Below are positions 10,047 to 18,572 of a DNA stretch of 64,000 bases, in pieces. Position 1 is the stretch's first letter. Every line of letters starts with the position of its first letter. This stretch comes from Armatimonadota bacterium (GTDB taxonomy: Bacteria > Armatimonadota > UBA10988). The notes under the pieces were generated by a model. The model did no database searches and was not told the DNA's origin. It worked only from the letters and a program-made list of their open reading frames with translations. The translations under genes and the position numbers were made by a program. The stretch covers positions 7,744 to 71,743 of the forward strand of contig JACRKZ010000102.1 of NCBI GenBank assembly GCA_016235455.1, written 5' to 3'.

Positions 10047-11489
10047 CTAAGCCGGCGTCAGCTTCACCAGCACCACGCCGTGCGGCGGCACGTCGGCGGC
10101 GAAATCGTCGTGGCGCTCGCCCAGATCGGCCTGCCGCCACAGGTCGCGCACCTGCTGCGGCCCGGTCAGGCCCAGCTCGCTCCAGGCCACGCCCACGCGC
10201 ACGGTGCTGTCTCCCACGTTGAACAGGCCCACGGCGCGCGTGCCGTCGGCCAGTTCCTTGACCAGCACCTCGCCGCTGCCGCGCGGCTCCAGGTCATAGG
10301 CCTGGTGACCCAGCTCATCCTGGTCCAGCGCCAGCACCTCGTCGTTGGTCAGCAGACCCAGGGTGAACGCGTCGAGCCGCTCGGGCGGACAACCGATGAT
10401 CAACGGCGCCGACCACAGGCACCACAGGCTCACGTGGCTGTATTGCTCATCGGCCGTCAGCCGGGTCGGCCGCAACGGCTGCAGGTCCCAGCCGCCGAGC
10501 AGGCCCACGCGCAGCGGGCACGGCATGTTCCAGTGGCCGGGCCGGTTGTAGGCCTGCCAGGCGCGATGGCCGAGCCAGATGTCGCGCACGCCGAGCGCCC
10601 AGCGCCGTTTGTCGTCGTCGAGTTGCGAGCGATCCCAGACGTCGACGATGTCGCCCGTGGTGCGGCACATCGACGCGATCTCGGTGTAGGCCGTTGCCTC
10701 GGCCAGTGGCGCGCTGTTGGAGAGTTCCAGGACGATATCGCGCCCGGAGTCGCGCAACGCGTTGCCCATGGATCGCGCCAGATCGACACTGTCGATGAGC
10801 CAGTCGTACTTGAAGTAGTCAAAACCCCAGGCGGCCACCTGCTGGGCGTCGGTCTGGTCGAACAGATGCCGGCCGCAGCGCCAGCCGGCGTGGACGGGCG
10901 TGCTCGGCTGCCAGGCGCCGCTGGGCTCGTCGCTGGAACCGCCGCAGAAGCCCGCGTAGCTGCTGACCCAGGGCGTCGAGTAGGTGCCCACCTTGAGGCC
11001 CAGACGATGCAGGTCGGCGCACAGCCGCGCCGGGTCGCCGAACTTGTCGTTCGGCTGGAGCGCGCCGTCGCGGTGGCCCTGCCAGCCGTCGTCGATGTTG
11101 ACATAGCAGTAGCCGTGCTCGGCCAGGCCTGTGTCGAACAGGGCCTGGGCACCCTCGCGCACGTTGGCCTCGGTGACCGCCGGCCCCCAGCCGCCCCAGG
11201 TGTTGAAGCCCATGGGCGGCGTCAGCGCGAAGTCGATGCCGATGACGATGCGCAGTGGCTTCTCGGCGCGGCCGTGGGCGTTCTCGGCATGCAGGACCAC
11301 GTGGTACGTGCCCACCGCGCCGGTCGTGCCGCTGATGACGCCGCTGGCAGCATCGAGCGCGAGCCCCGGCGGCAGGCCATCGGCGCCGAACGTCATCGGC
11401 CGCTCGCCGACCGCGGCGATGTGGAACAGGAGCGGGCTGCCGGGCCGCGCGCCGTAGACCGCGGCGGTGTTCAGGCGGGGTTCGCTCAT
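10047..11489 (-). CDS. Alpha-galactosidase / alpha-N-acetylgalactosaminidase, GH27
   Basis: PPMGFNTWGGWG and YCYVNIDDGWQ are classical GH27 (melibiase) motifs; DYFKYDW also matches. ATG verified at 11487-11489. No signal peptide, so probably cytoplasmic. Confidence 0.75.
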   Translation of the reverse strand: MSEPRLNTAAVYGARPGSPLLFHIAAVGERPMTFGADGLPPGLALDAASGVISGTTGAVGTYHVVLHAENAHGRAEKPLRIVIGIDFALTPPMGFNTWGGWGPAVTEANVREGAQALFDTGLAEHGYCYVNIDDGWQGHRDGALQPNDKFGDPARLCADLHRLGLKVGTYSTPWVSSYAGFCGGSSDEPSGAWQPSTPVHAGWRCGRHLFDQTDAQQVAAWGFDYFKYDWLIDSVDLARSMGNALRDSGRDIVLELSNSAPLAEATAYTEIASMCRTTGDIVDVWDRSQLDDDKRRWALGVRDIWLGHRAWQAYNRPGHWNMPCPLRVGLLGGWDLQPLRPTRLTADEQYSHVSLWCLWSAPLIIGCPPERLDAFTLGLLTNDEVLALDQDELGHQAYDLEPRGSGEVLVKELADGTRAVGLFNVGDSTVRVGVAWSELGLTGPQQVRDLWRQADLGERHDDFAADVPPHGVVLVKLTPA

Positions 11490-13513
11490 CGCTCTGCCTC
11501 CCAGGCCAACAGGCGCGCCTCGTGCGCCTCGAGGGGCACATCGACATACCAGCGGCCCGTGCCGCCGTCGCGTTGCGCTGTCAGCAGGCCGGCGCGACCC
11601 GCGGCGCGTGTGCTCAGCAGCGGTCGCAGACTGCGCCGCTCGGGCAGCCAGACGCGTCGCGTCAGCGCTGTCGGCGAGTGCAGGCCGAGCACCTGATTGC
11701 TGGCGTACAGCGGGTGGTCGTCATCGCAGTAGATGTGCGCGCCGGCGCGCTGGGCGATCTCGCGCAGCAGCCAGCCAGGCACGGGCCCGACCGCCGACCA
11801 AGCCACGCGACTGTCACCCAGGCGGCCCTCGACCAGCCCGGCGTGGCCGTCGGGCGTGCGGCCCAGCACGTCCAGGTCGGCGGTGGTCACCGCCACGAAA
11901 CCCGGCTGCTGATCGGCCGCGAAACCGTAGTCATGCTCGCCCACACGCACCGACCGCACGGCGGGCACCTGGGCGAAATGCAGTCCGGTCAGCTCGGCCA
12001 TGGCCTCGACGCTCAGGCCGTCCTCGGCCACGAACCCCGGCGCGTAGGCCCACAGCAGCGTGCGGTCGGCGCCGCGCAGGCGCTTGACCGCCGCGCGCAG
12101 CTTCGCGCTCGGCGCGAACAGGTTGGGGAAGTAGATCAGCCGGTAGGCGTCGGCCGACCAGTCAGGATCGAGCAGGTCGCCGCTGAACACGATGTCGTAA
12201 GGCGTGCCCATGCGGCCCAGGCCGTCGAGCTGCCTAAGCAGCAGGCTCTGGGCCAGGCTGCCGCGCTGGTCCACGTACAGCAGCGAGGTCGTGTCGACGA
12301 CCACGGCCACCTGAGCCACCGAACGGTACGGTTGGTCGAGCAGCGATTCCGCGGCGGTCTGGGCCTGGCGGACAACGCTCCGCAGTCGATCGTCGTCGAA
12401 CCAGCCGCCGAACATGTCGAACCACCACAAGCCCTGGCCCTTGGCCAGCGCCAGGCAGGCGTCGCGGCCCATGACGCCGCTGGCCTGGTCGAAGTCGGCC
12501 AGCCGCGAGTCCTGGCCGGGGATCGGTTGGCCCTCGACATGCGTCACCGCGCTGGGCGTGATGTGGTCGAACTCCAGCAACGCCAGCTTGCCATGCCGGC
12601 GCAGGCTGTCCACCGGCATCATGAAGCTGCTGACCTGGTCGGCGCGGCGGTGATGGTAGTTGGCCGGGCAAAGGAAGAAGTCGAGATCCGCCGAGGCAAA
12701 GACCCGCTCGCAGTCCAGATGCCCGCCGAACAGCAGTTGCTGGCTGCCGAACTGGAGCACATAGCCAAAGAACGCGCCGAGCACTTTGCGATGGTCGAGC
12801 ACGCCTTGGGCCAGGCGTGCGAAATGCAGCAGCAGGTCGGCCACCTGCTCGTTGTGGAAGCGCCAGGCGTCGACGGCAGGCGATGCGGGGTCACGGAACT
12901 GGCCTTGAGCGAACACGCTCTCGCGCTCGGCCCGCGACGGCCACGGCCGACCCAGCGCGCGTTCGGCAGCCTCCACCTTGATCGGCTGGTCGGTGGCGTC
13001 GCGGTGACAGAACCACTCGTGAGTGCGACCGCCGAGCAGCGCATAGCCGGCGATGCGCTGGCCCCAGCGCGCCTCGCAATGGGCCAGCACGGCGGCCAGA
13101 TAGGCGCCGGCGTCCGCGCGCCAGGCCGGCGAGCTGGCCGCCTCGCCCAGGTCGGTGAACGGGTTGGCATGCCCGGGATGCGCCGCCAGCCACCACTCGG
13201 GCGGGTTGAGGTCGAGCATCATCAGCACCAGTTGGCCGCCCGACCAGGCCTCCAGATCGGCCATCTGCCGGTCGACCACAGTGAAGTCGTAGGTGCCCGG
13301 CGCGGTCCAGGCCGAGCCGTACAGGCTGTAGGGCACGCCGAGGCTGCACAGGTTGCCCGAGACCTGGGCATTGACGATGTCCACGCCCAGCGCGGCGAAC
13401 TCGGCCACATAGCGCTGTTGCGGGCGGAACGAGCGGAAGGTCACCGGCGCAATGGGCCGGTCGTCGACCAGCAGGCGCGGGTGGCCGAGCGTGGTGTCGA
13501 GGCGGGTGATCAT
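11486..13513 (-). CDS. Beta-galactosidase-like glycoside hydrolase (GH42-like, 675 aa)
   Basis: Size and TIM-barrel N-terminus plus a following trimerisation-like domain match GH42 architecture. Its stop overlaps the start of the downstream GH27 gene (TGA/ATG overlap). Family call is by architecture only. Confidence 0.4.
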   Translation of the reverse strand: MITRLDTTLGHPRLLVDDRPIAPVTFRSFRPQQRYVAEFAALGVDIVNAQVSGNLCSLGVPYSLYGSAWTAPGTYDFTVVDRQMADLEAWSGGQLVLMMLDLNPPEWWLAAHPGHANPFTDLGEAASSPAWRADAGAYLAAVLAHCEARWGQRIAGYALLGGRTHEWFCHRDATDQPIKVEAAERALGRPWPSRAERESVFAQGQFRDPASPAVDAWRFHNEQVADLLLHFARLAQGVLDHRKVLGAFFGYVLQFGSQQLLFGGHLDCERVFASADLDFFLCPANYHHRRADQVSSFMMPVDSLRRHGKLALLEFDHITPSAVTHVEGQPIPGQDSRLADFDQASGVMGRDACLALAKGQGLWWFDMFGGWFDDDRLRSVVRQAQTAAESLLDQPYRSVAQVAVVVDTTSLLYVDQRGSLAQSLLLRQLDGLGRMGTPYDIVFSGDLLDPDWSADAYRLIYFPNLFAPSAKLRAAVKRLRGADRTLLWAYAPGFVAEDGLSVEAMAELTGLHFAQVPAVRSVRVGEHDYGFAADQQPGFVAVTTADLDVLGRTPDGHAGLVEGRLGDSRVAWSAVGPVPGWLLREIAQRAGAHIYCDDDHPLYASNQVLGLHSPTALTRRVWLPERRSLRPLLSTRAAGRAGLLTAQRDGGTGRWYVDVPLEAHEARLLAWEAER

Positions 13514-13620
13514 CGGCAGCCCTCCCTGTAGTCCCCCCGCGAGCGGGGGGACGGTGCAGTGACTCCCTCCCCGCTCGCGCGGAGGGCCGGGGTGGGGGCT
13601 GTTCGCGACGCCATCGTAAC

Positions 13621-14382
13621 CTACCCTTCCGCGCCAAGCGGCACCAACTGCACCGACACGCCGCCATCCACCACCAGCCGCGCGCCAGTCACGTTGGCCG
13701 CGTCAAGGGAGGCGAAGTACAGCACCGCCGCCGCCACGTCGTCGGCACTCGCGGGCTCGCCAAGCGGGGCATTGGCCCGCCGCCGCGCGGCGACCTCGGG
13801 GTCCAGTGTCGCCCAGCGCTCGGTGAGGATGTAGCCCGGCGCCACGGTGTTCACGCGGATGCCGTGCGGCGCCAGGTCCAGCGCCATGGCCCGCGTCAGC
13901 GCGTCGATAGCGCCCTTGGAGGCGCAGTAGGCCGTGCGCCCGCGCACCGGCCGCTCGGCCGTGTTGGAGCTGACATTGACGATCGCGCCTCGCGTGCTCT
14001 GGTCGATCATGCGCCGCGCCGCAGCCTGTGCGCAGCGGTAGTAGCCCAGCACGTTGACCGCCATGACCGCCTCGAGCAGCTCGTCATCGACGTCTACGAA
14101 CGTCGGACCCAGGCCCAGATGGGCCGCGTTGTTGACCAGCACGTCCACCCCACCCAGCTCGCGGTCGACGATGTCGAACAGTGTTCGGACTCCGCACGCC
14201 GTGCCGAGGTCGGCGACGGCCGGCACCGCGCCGGGCACGCTGGCCACGGCGGCGTCGACATGGGCCGGGTCGGTGCCGTTGATGGCCACCCGCGCGCCCT
14301 CGGCGGCGAAACGCCGGGCAATGCCCAGACCGGTGTTGCGCGAGGAGCCAGTGACCACCACGCGCGCGCCGTCAAAGCGCAT
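13621..14382 (-). CDS. Short-chain dehydrogenase/reductase (SDR) family oxidoreductase
   Basis: TGSSRNTGLG cofactor-binding glycine motif, NNAA, and the catalytic S...YCASK (YxxxK) motif. 253 aa. Confidence 0.85.
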   Translation of the reverse strand: MRFDGARVVVTGSSRNTGLGIARRFAAEGARVAINGTDPAHVDAAVASVPGAVPAVADLGTACGVRTLFDIVDRELGGVDVLVNNAAHLGLGPTFVDVDDELLEAVMAVNVLGYYRCAQAAARRMIDQSTRGAIVNVSSNTAERPVRGRTAYCASKGAIDALTRAMALDLAPHGIRVNTVAPGYILTERWATLDPEVAARRRANAPLGEPASADDVAAAVLYFASLDAANVTGARLVVDGGVSVQLVPLGAEG

Positions 14383-14383
14383 A

Positions 14384-15553
14384 TCAGGTCTCCTTCATCC
14401 ACGGCACCGCGTCGGGCGGGCGGATCTCGGTCAGCGTGCCCACGTAGTGCCGCAGGTTGCGCCGCTCGTAGGGATGCTGGGCGATGGCTTCCAGGTTCAG
14501 ATCCAGGCCCAGGCCGGGCGCCGTGGGGATGAGCATCTCGCCGGCGGCGAAGCGCACGTCCTCGGTAGTGACATCGCCACGCCAGGGGACATCGGTGTTC
14601 ATCGTCTCCAGCAGCCAGAAGTTGGGCACGCAGGCGGCCAGATGCAGCGTGGCCGCGTTGGCCACCGGGCCGATGGGGTTGTGCGGGCAGACCACGCGGC
14701 TGTAGGTTTCGGTCATGGCGGCGATCTTGCGCAACTCGCCGATGCCGCCCACATGGCTGACATCGGGCTGGAGGATGTCGGCGCAGCCCTGCTCCAGGTA
14801 GGTGCGCGCATCCCACCGCGAGTAGAGCCGCTCGCCGCCGGCGATGGGCACCCGGCTGCGGCGCACCACCTCCGCCATGCCCTCGGGGTGGTCGGGCATG
14901 ATCGGCTCCTCGAACCATGAGATGTCGAAGTCCTCCAGCGCGTGGGCGATGCGAATGGCCGTCGGCACGTCGAACCGGCCGTGGCCCTCGATGAGGATGT
15001 TGACCTCCGGCCCGACCGCCTCGGCGACCGCCGCCACACAGGCGATGGCCTGCCGCAGCTCGGCCTTCTCGATGGTGCGGTAGGCGGAGCCGAAGGGGTC
15101 CCACTTGAGCCCGCGGAAGCCCTGGTCGACCGCGATGCGGGCTTTTGCAGCAAACTCCTCGGGCGTCTTGGCCGGCGAGAACCAGCCGTTGGCGTAGCAC
15201 GGCACGCGGTCACGGCAGCGGCCGCCGAGCAACTGCCAGACCGGCACGCCGAGAGCCTTGCCCTTGATGTCCCAGAGCGCCATCTCGACACCCGACAGAG
15301 CGGTCATCAGCACCGGGCCGCCGCGCCAGTAGCTGTCGCGGTAGCACTCGTGCCAGATGGACTCGATGTCGTGCGGGTCGCGGCCGATGAGGTGGCGCTC
15401 CAACTCCTGCACCGCGGCCGCGGCCGTCGGCTCGCGCATCTCCAGCGTCGCCTCGCCGATGCCGTGCAGACCCTCGTCGGTCATCACCCGCACAAACACC
15501 CAGTTGGCGCGGTAGCAGTGGCAGAGGTAGGTCTCCAGGGCCGTGATCTTCAT
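14384..15553 (-). CDS. Enolase-superfamily sugar-acid dehydratase, D-galactonate dehydratase family (DgoD/ManD-like)
   Basis: MKITALETY...VFVRVMTDEGLHGIGEAT, ALWDIKGK, PVWQLLGG, IAGGERLYSRWD and ILQPDVSHVGGI closely track E. coli DgoD motifs. Its stop is adjacent to the SDR start and its start overlaps the IclR stop. Confidence 0.85.
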   Translation of the reverse strand: MKITALETYLCHCYRANWVFVRVMTDEGLHGIGEATLEMREPTAAAAVQELERHLIGRDPHDIESIWHECYRDSYWRGGPVLMTALSGVEMALWDIKGKALGVPVWQLLGGRCRDRVPCYANGWFSPAKTPEEFAAKARIAVDQGFRGLKWDPFGSAYRTIEKAELRQAIACVAAVAEAVGPEVNILIEGHGRFDVPTAIRIAHALEDFDISWFEEPIMPDHPEGMAEVVRRSRVPIAGGERLYSRWDARTYLEQGCADILQPDVSHVGGIGELRKIAAMTETYSRVVCPHNPIGPVANAATLHLAACVPNFWLLETMNTDVPWRGDVTTEDVRFAAGEMLIPTAPGLGLDLNLEAIAQHPYERRNLRHYVGTLTEIRPPDAVPWMKET

Positions 15554-16386
15554 TCGGCGTCTCCAAACGGTGACTGGCTCATCTCGTCGCGCATGGGGTC
15601 CAGAGGCAGCGTGGCCCAGTCGATGACCGGCATGGGCCCGGGCAGCTCACCGCCGAGTTCGGCCGACAGCTCAACCGCCGCCGACCACAGCGCGGCGGTC
15701 ATGCGCGCGCAACGCTCACCGTCGGCGCGGAACGCTGGGCAGGCCACGCCAATCGACGCCACGGGCGCCCCTTTGGCCACGACCGGCAGCGCCAGCAGCA
15801 CCTGCCCGCCGTCGCGATCGGTGCGCAGCGCGCAGTAGCCCAGCGCGCGCACCCGCCGCAGATCCGCCTGCCAGGCCGCCAGCGAGCAGCCTGGCCGCGT
15901 GTCGGGGCTGCGCTCGACAAAGGCCGGCCAGGCCGCCTCGTCGCCGCAGGCCACCAGCAGTCGGCCCGTGGCCAGCTTGAGCGCCTGGGGCCAGGACCAT
16001 TGCGGGAAGTGGATGGTGATCGCCTCGGTGCCCGGCTGGAAGGCGATGAGCCGGGCCTCGAAGCCCAGCAGGATCGTCGCCGAGGCGGCCTCGCCCGATT
16101 CGCGCGCCACCCGCACGAGTTTGGGCTGGAGGATGTCGGGCAGCGCTTGCACCGGATCCCAGCGCGAAGCCAGCACGCCGGCCGCGGGCCCCAACCGGTA
16201 GCGTCCGTTGTGGTTCAGGAGGAAGTGACGCGTCGCCAGCGTGCGCAGCAGGTTGTGTACCGTGGCGACATGCAGCCCCAGCTCACGCGCCAGCTCCGAC
16301 ACGCCGATCTCGCCCGCTGCGGCCACCGCCTCCAGCAGGTCCAGCGCCCGCTCCACCGACTGCACCAGATTGCCCGTGTTCGCCAC
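15550..16386 (-). CDS. IclR-family transcriptional regulator
   Basis: N-terminal wHTH (VERALDLLEAVAAAGEIGVSELARELGLHVATVHNLLRTL) and a C-terminal IclR effector domain. Apparent GTG start. First gene of the long minus-strand operon. Confidence 0.8.
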   Translation of the reverse strand: MANTGNLVQSVERALDLLEAVAAAGEIGVSELARELGLHVATVHNLLRTLATRHFLLNHNGRYRLGPAAGVLASRWDPVQALPDILQPKLVRVARESGEAASATILLGFEARLIAFQPGTEAITIHFPQWSWPQALKLATGRLLVACGDEAAWPAFVERSPDTRPGCSLAAWQADLRRVRALGYCALRTDRDGGQVLLALPVVAKGAPVASIGVACPAFRADGERCARMTAALWSAAVELSAELGGELPGPMPVIDWATLPLDPMRDEMSQSPFGDAE

Positions 16387-16461
16387 GTCGCACGCCTCCG
16401 CATATCAGAATAGCGGATGGCTTATGGCAATGCAAGATGCACCGGGTGCTTGGCGCAGCTA

Positions 16462-16493
16462 TGCGTAGCCCAGCCTGGTCTCGGGGCTACGCA
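16462..16493. other. Perfect 10-bp inverted repeat hairpin (TGCGTAGCCC-12 nt-GGGCTACGCA)
   Basis: Read directly: tgcgtagccc agcctggtctcg gggctacgca. Lies 34 nt past the stop of the small minus-strand ORF and about 75 nt upstream of the IclR start. No U-tract follows. Confidence 0.35.
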
Positions 16494-16526
16494 CGGCCAA
16501 TCGGTGCGATGCGCTGGTGCTAAGGG

Positions 16527-16775
16527 TCAGTAGGCCCGAGCGGCGCGGGCGGTACGCGCCGGTGCGGCGTAGCCGGTGCGGCGACCGACCGTCGCGGCGC
16601 GCGGCGCGGCCGGCTGCGCGTAGGTGGCATAGAAGGTCGGTTCGTTGCCCACATACGACGGCCAGAGCCACGCGCCGTCCAGCGGCAGTCTGGCGTAGAC
16701 CGTGACATTGGGCGCGTCGGCCGGTGTGACAGGCTCGGCCAACAGGGCCGCAGCGAAGAGTATCGTCAACATCAT
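16527..16775 (-). CDS. Small secreted hypothetical protein (82 aa)
   Basis: MMLTILFAAALLAEPVTPADA is a signal-peptide-like N-terminus. No family recognised. Could be spurious. Confidence 0.3.
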   Translation of the reverse strand: MMLTILFAAALLAEPVTPADAPNVTVYARLPLDGAWLWPSYVGNEPTFYATYAQPAAPRAATVGRRTGYAAPARTARAARAY

Positions 16776-17173
16776 CAGCTTCCTTTGATCCTCACTGTGG
16801 GTGGCCCTGAAATCTGAGCAAGGCAGCGGATCCGGCGTTCGTCACAGCTTCGCCATACTTGCTATGGCGGTCCGACTCGCTCCACAGCTGACGGGAAGGA
16901 CCGTGGGTGGCTGATGGCACACTCCGCGGGGCCAAGGCAGGTCCCAGCCCAGGACCAGACTGCTGTCGTTGAGCAAGGCGCAGTTCGACGAGCGATTCCC
17001 CTCGACGCCATACCCGACGGGAGGTGGGGTGATGCCGGCACCGCCTGCTGCGTTCGCGGCACGTCGTCGGGCCAGACCGACACGAGGCTGTTCGACTGGC
17101 CCGACTGCTGAGCGCCAACGCTGAACCAGGACCGCGGGCCGAGCGTCTATGCTCCACCGAGAGGGAACCGCAC

Positions 17174-18535
17174 ATGGACCGCCGACACTTCCTCGGCGCC
17201 GCCGGCCTCGGCCTGGCGGCGGCTGCCTGTCGTTCACCTTTGCGCGCCGCCGATGCGCCGGCCGGCCGCCGGCCCAACATCATCCTCATCCTGAGCGATG
17301 ACGTGGGCATCGCCGAGCTGAGTTGCTACGGCGGCGAGCACCCCACGCCGCGGCTCGACGCCCTGGCCGGTGCCGGTATCCGCTTCGAGCAGTGCTACTC
17401 CACGCCGCTCTGCGGGCCGTCGCGCTGCCAGTTGCTCACCGGGCGCTATCCGTTCCGCACGGGGCTCAACACCAACCAGAGCGCCACGGCCGTCTCGCCC
17501 CAACGCGAGGTGATGATCCCCACCGTGATGCGCAAGGCCGGCTACGTGACCGGCAGCGTGGGCAAATGGGGCCAGATCTGCCTGGGACCCAAGGAGTGGG
17601 GTTTCGACGAGTGGTTCGTGTTCCAGGGCAGCGGCCGCTACTGGGCCAGCCAGAACATCAGCTACAACGTCAGCGGTCAGAGCAAGACGCTGGGACAGAA
17701 GGAGTATCTGCCCGACCTCATGCACGACTTCGCCGTCGACTTCACCACCCGGCACCGCGACAAGCCGTTCATGCTGTACTACCCCATGTCGCACATCCAC
17801 GGGCCGATCATGCCCACGCCCGACAGCAAGCCGGGCGCCGACGCCAAGCAGCTGTACGCGGACAACATCAGCTACATGGATAAGCTGGTGGGCAAGCTGG
17901 TCGACCATCTGGACCGGCTCGGGCTGCGCGAGAACACGCTGATCCTGTTCGTCGGTGACAACGGCACGGCGCGCTTTGGCGAGGCGACTATTGGCGGCAA
18001 GTCGCTCAGCGGCAAGAAGGGCTCCATGCTCGAAGGCGGCGCGCGCGTGCCGCTGCTGGCCAACTGGCCCGGCACCACGCCCACGGGCCGGGTCAATCGC
18101 GACCTGATCGACTTCTCGGACTTCTTCGCCACCTGCGCCAGCCTCGGCCGCGCCGATCTGCCCGCGGGCGTCACCCTCGACAGCCAGAGCTTCGCCGAGC
18201 AGTTGCGGGGCGAAGCCGGCAAGCCGCGCGAGTGGGTCTATGTCGAACTCGGCGGCAAGAGCTACGTGCGCGACAACCGCTACAAGCTGACCAACGGCGG
18301 CGCGCTCTTCGACCTGTCCAAGGCGCCGTTCGAAGAGATCGCGGTGCCGGACGACACCAAGGACACGCTGGCGCTGGCCTCGCGCGCCAAGCTGCAGGCC
18401 GTGCTCGATACACATCGGGCCAAGCCGGCGGGCGGCGGCGGCGGCGGCGGCGGCGCGGCAGGTGCAGCCGGCAAGGGCAAGGCCAATCGACCGGGCAAGG
18501 CCGGCCGACGCGCGAAGGGTCAAGCGGCGAAGTAG
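17174..18535 (+). CDS. Sulfatase (arylsulfatase family), Tat-secreted, with Gly/Lys-rich C-terminal tail
   Basis: MDRRHFLGAAGLGLAAAA Tat signal. Motifs: IILILSDDVG, CGPSRCQLLTGRYP (C-x-P-x-R), GKWG, GDNG. The C-terminus is AKPAGGGGGGGGAAGAAGKGKANRPGKAGRRAKGQAAK. Confidence 0.85.
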   Translation: MDRRHFLGAAGLGLAAAACRSPLRAADAPAGRRPNIILILSDDVGIAELSCYGGEHPTPRLDALAGAGIRFEQCYSTPLCGPSRCQLLTGRYPFRTGLNTNQSATAVSPQREVMIPTVMRKAGYVTGSVGKWGQICLGPKEWGFDEWFVFQGSGRYWASQNISYNVSGQSKTLGQKEYLPDLMHDFAVDFTTRHRDKPFMLYYPMSHIHGPIMPTPDSKPGADAKQLYADNISYMDKLVGKLVDHLDRLGLRENTLILFVGDNGTARFGEATIGGKSLSGKKGSMLEGGARVPLLANWPGTTPTGRVNRDLIDFSDFFATCASLGRADLPAGVTLDSQSFAEQLRGEAGKPREWVYVELGGKSYVRDNRYKLTNGGALFDLSKAPFEEIAVPDDTKDTLALASRAKLQAVLDTHRAKPAGGGGGGGGAAGAAGKGKANRPGKAGRRAKGQAAK

Positions 18536-18572
18536 ACGCTCGGGCTCGTCGCCCCGGCGCCCGGCGTCGGGG

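Noticed and set aside
7560-11696. 1378-aa plus-strand ORF, the longest in the track
   Set aside because: The translation is Arg/Ala/Gly/Val-rich and low-complexity, with no motifs. It lies antisense to four well-supported minus-strand genes (GH5/39-like, kinase, GH27, GH42-like). It is a typical high-GC antisense artefact.
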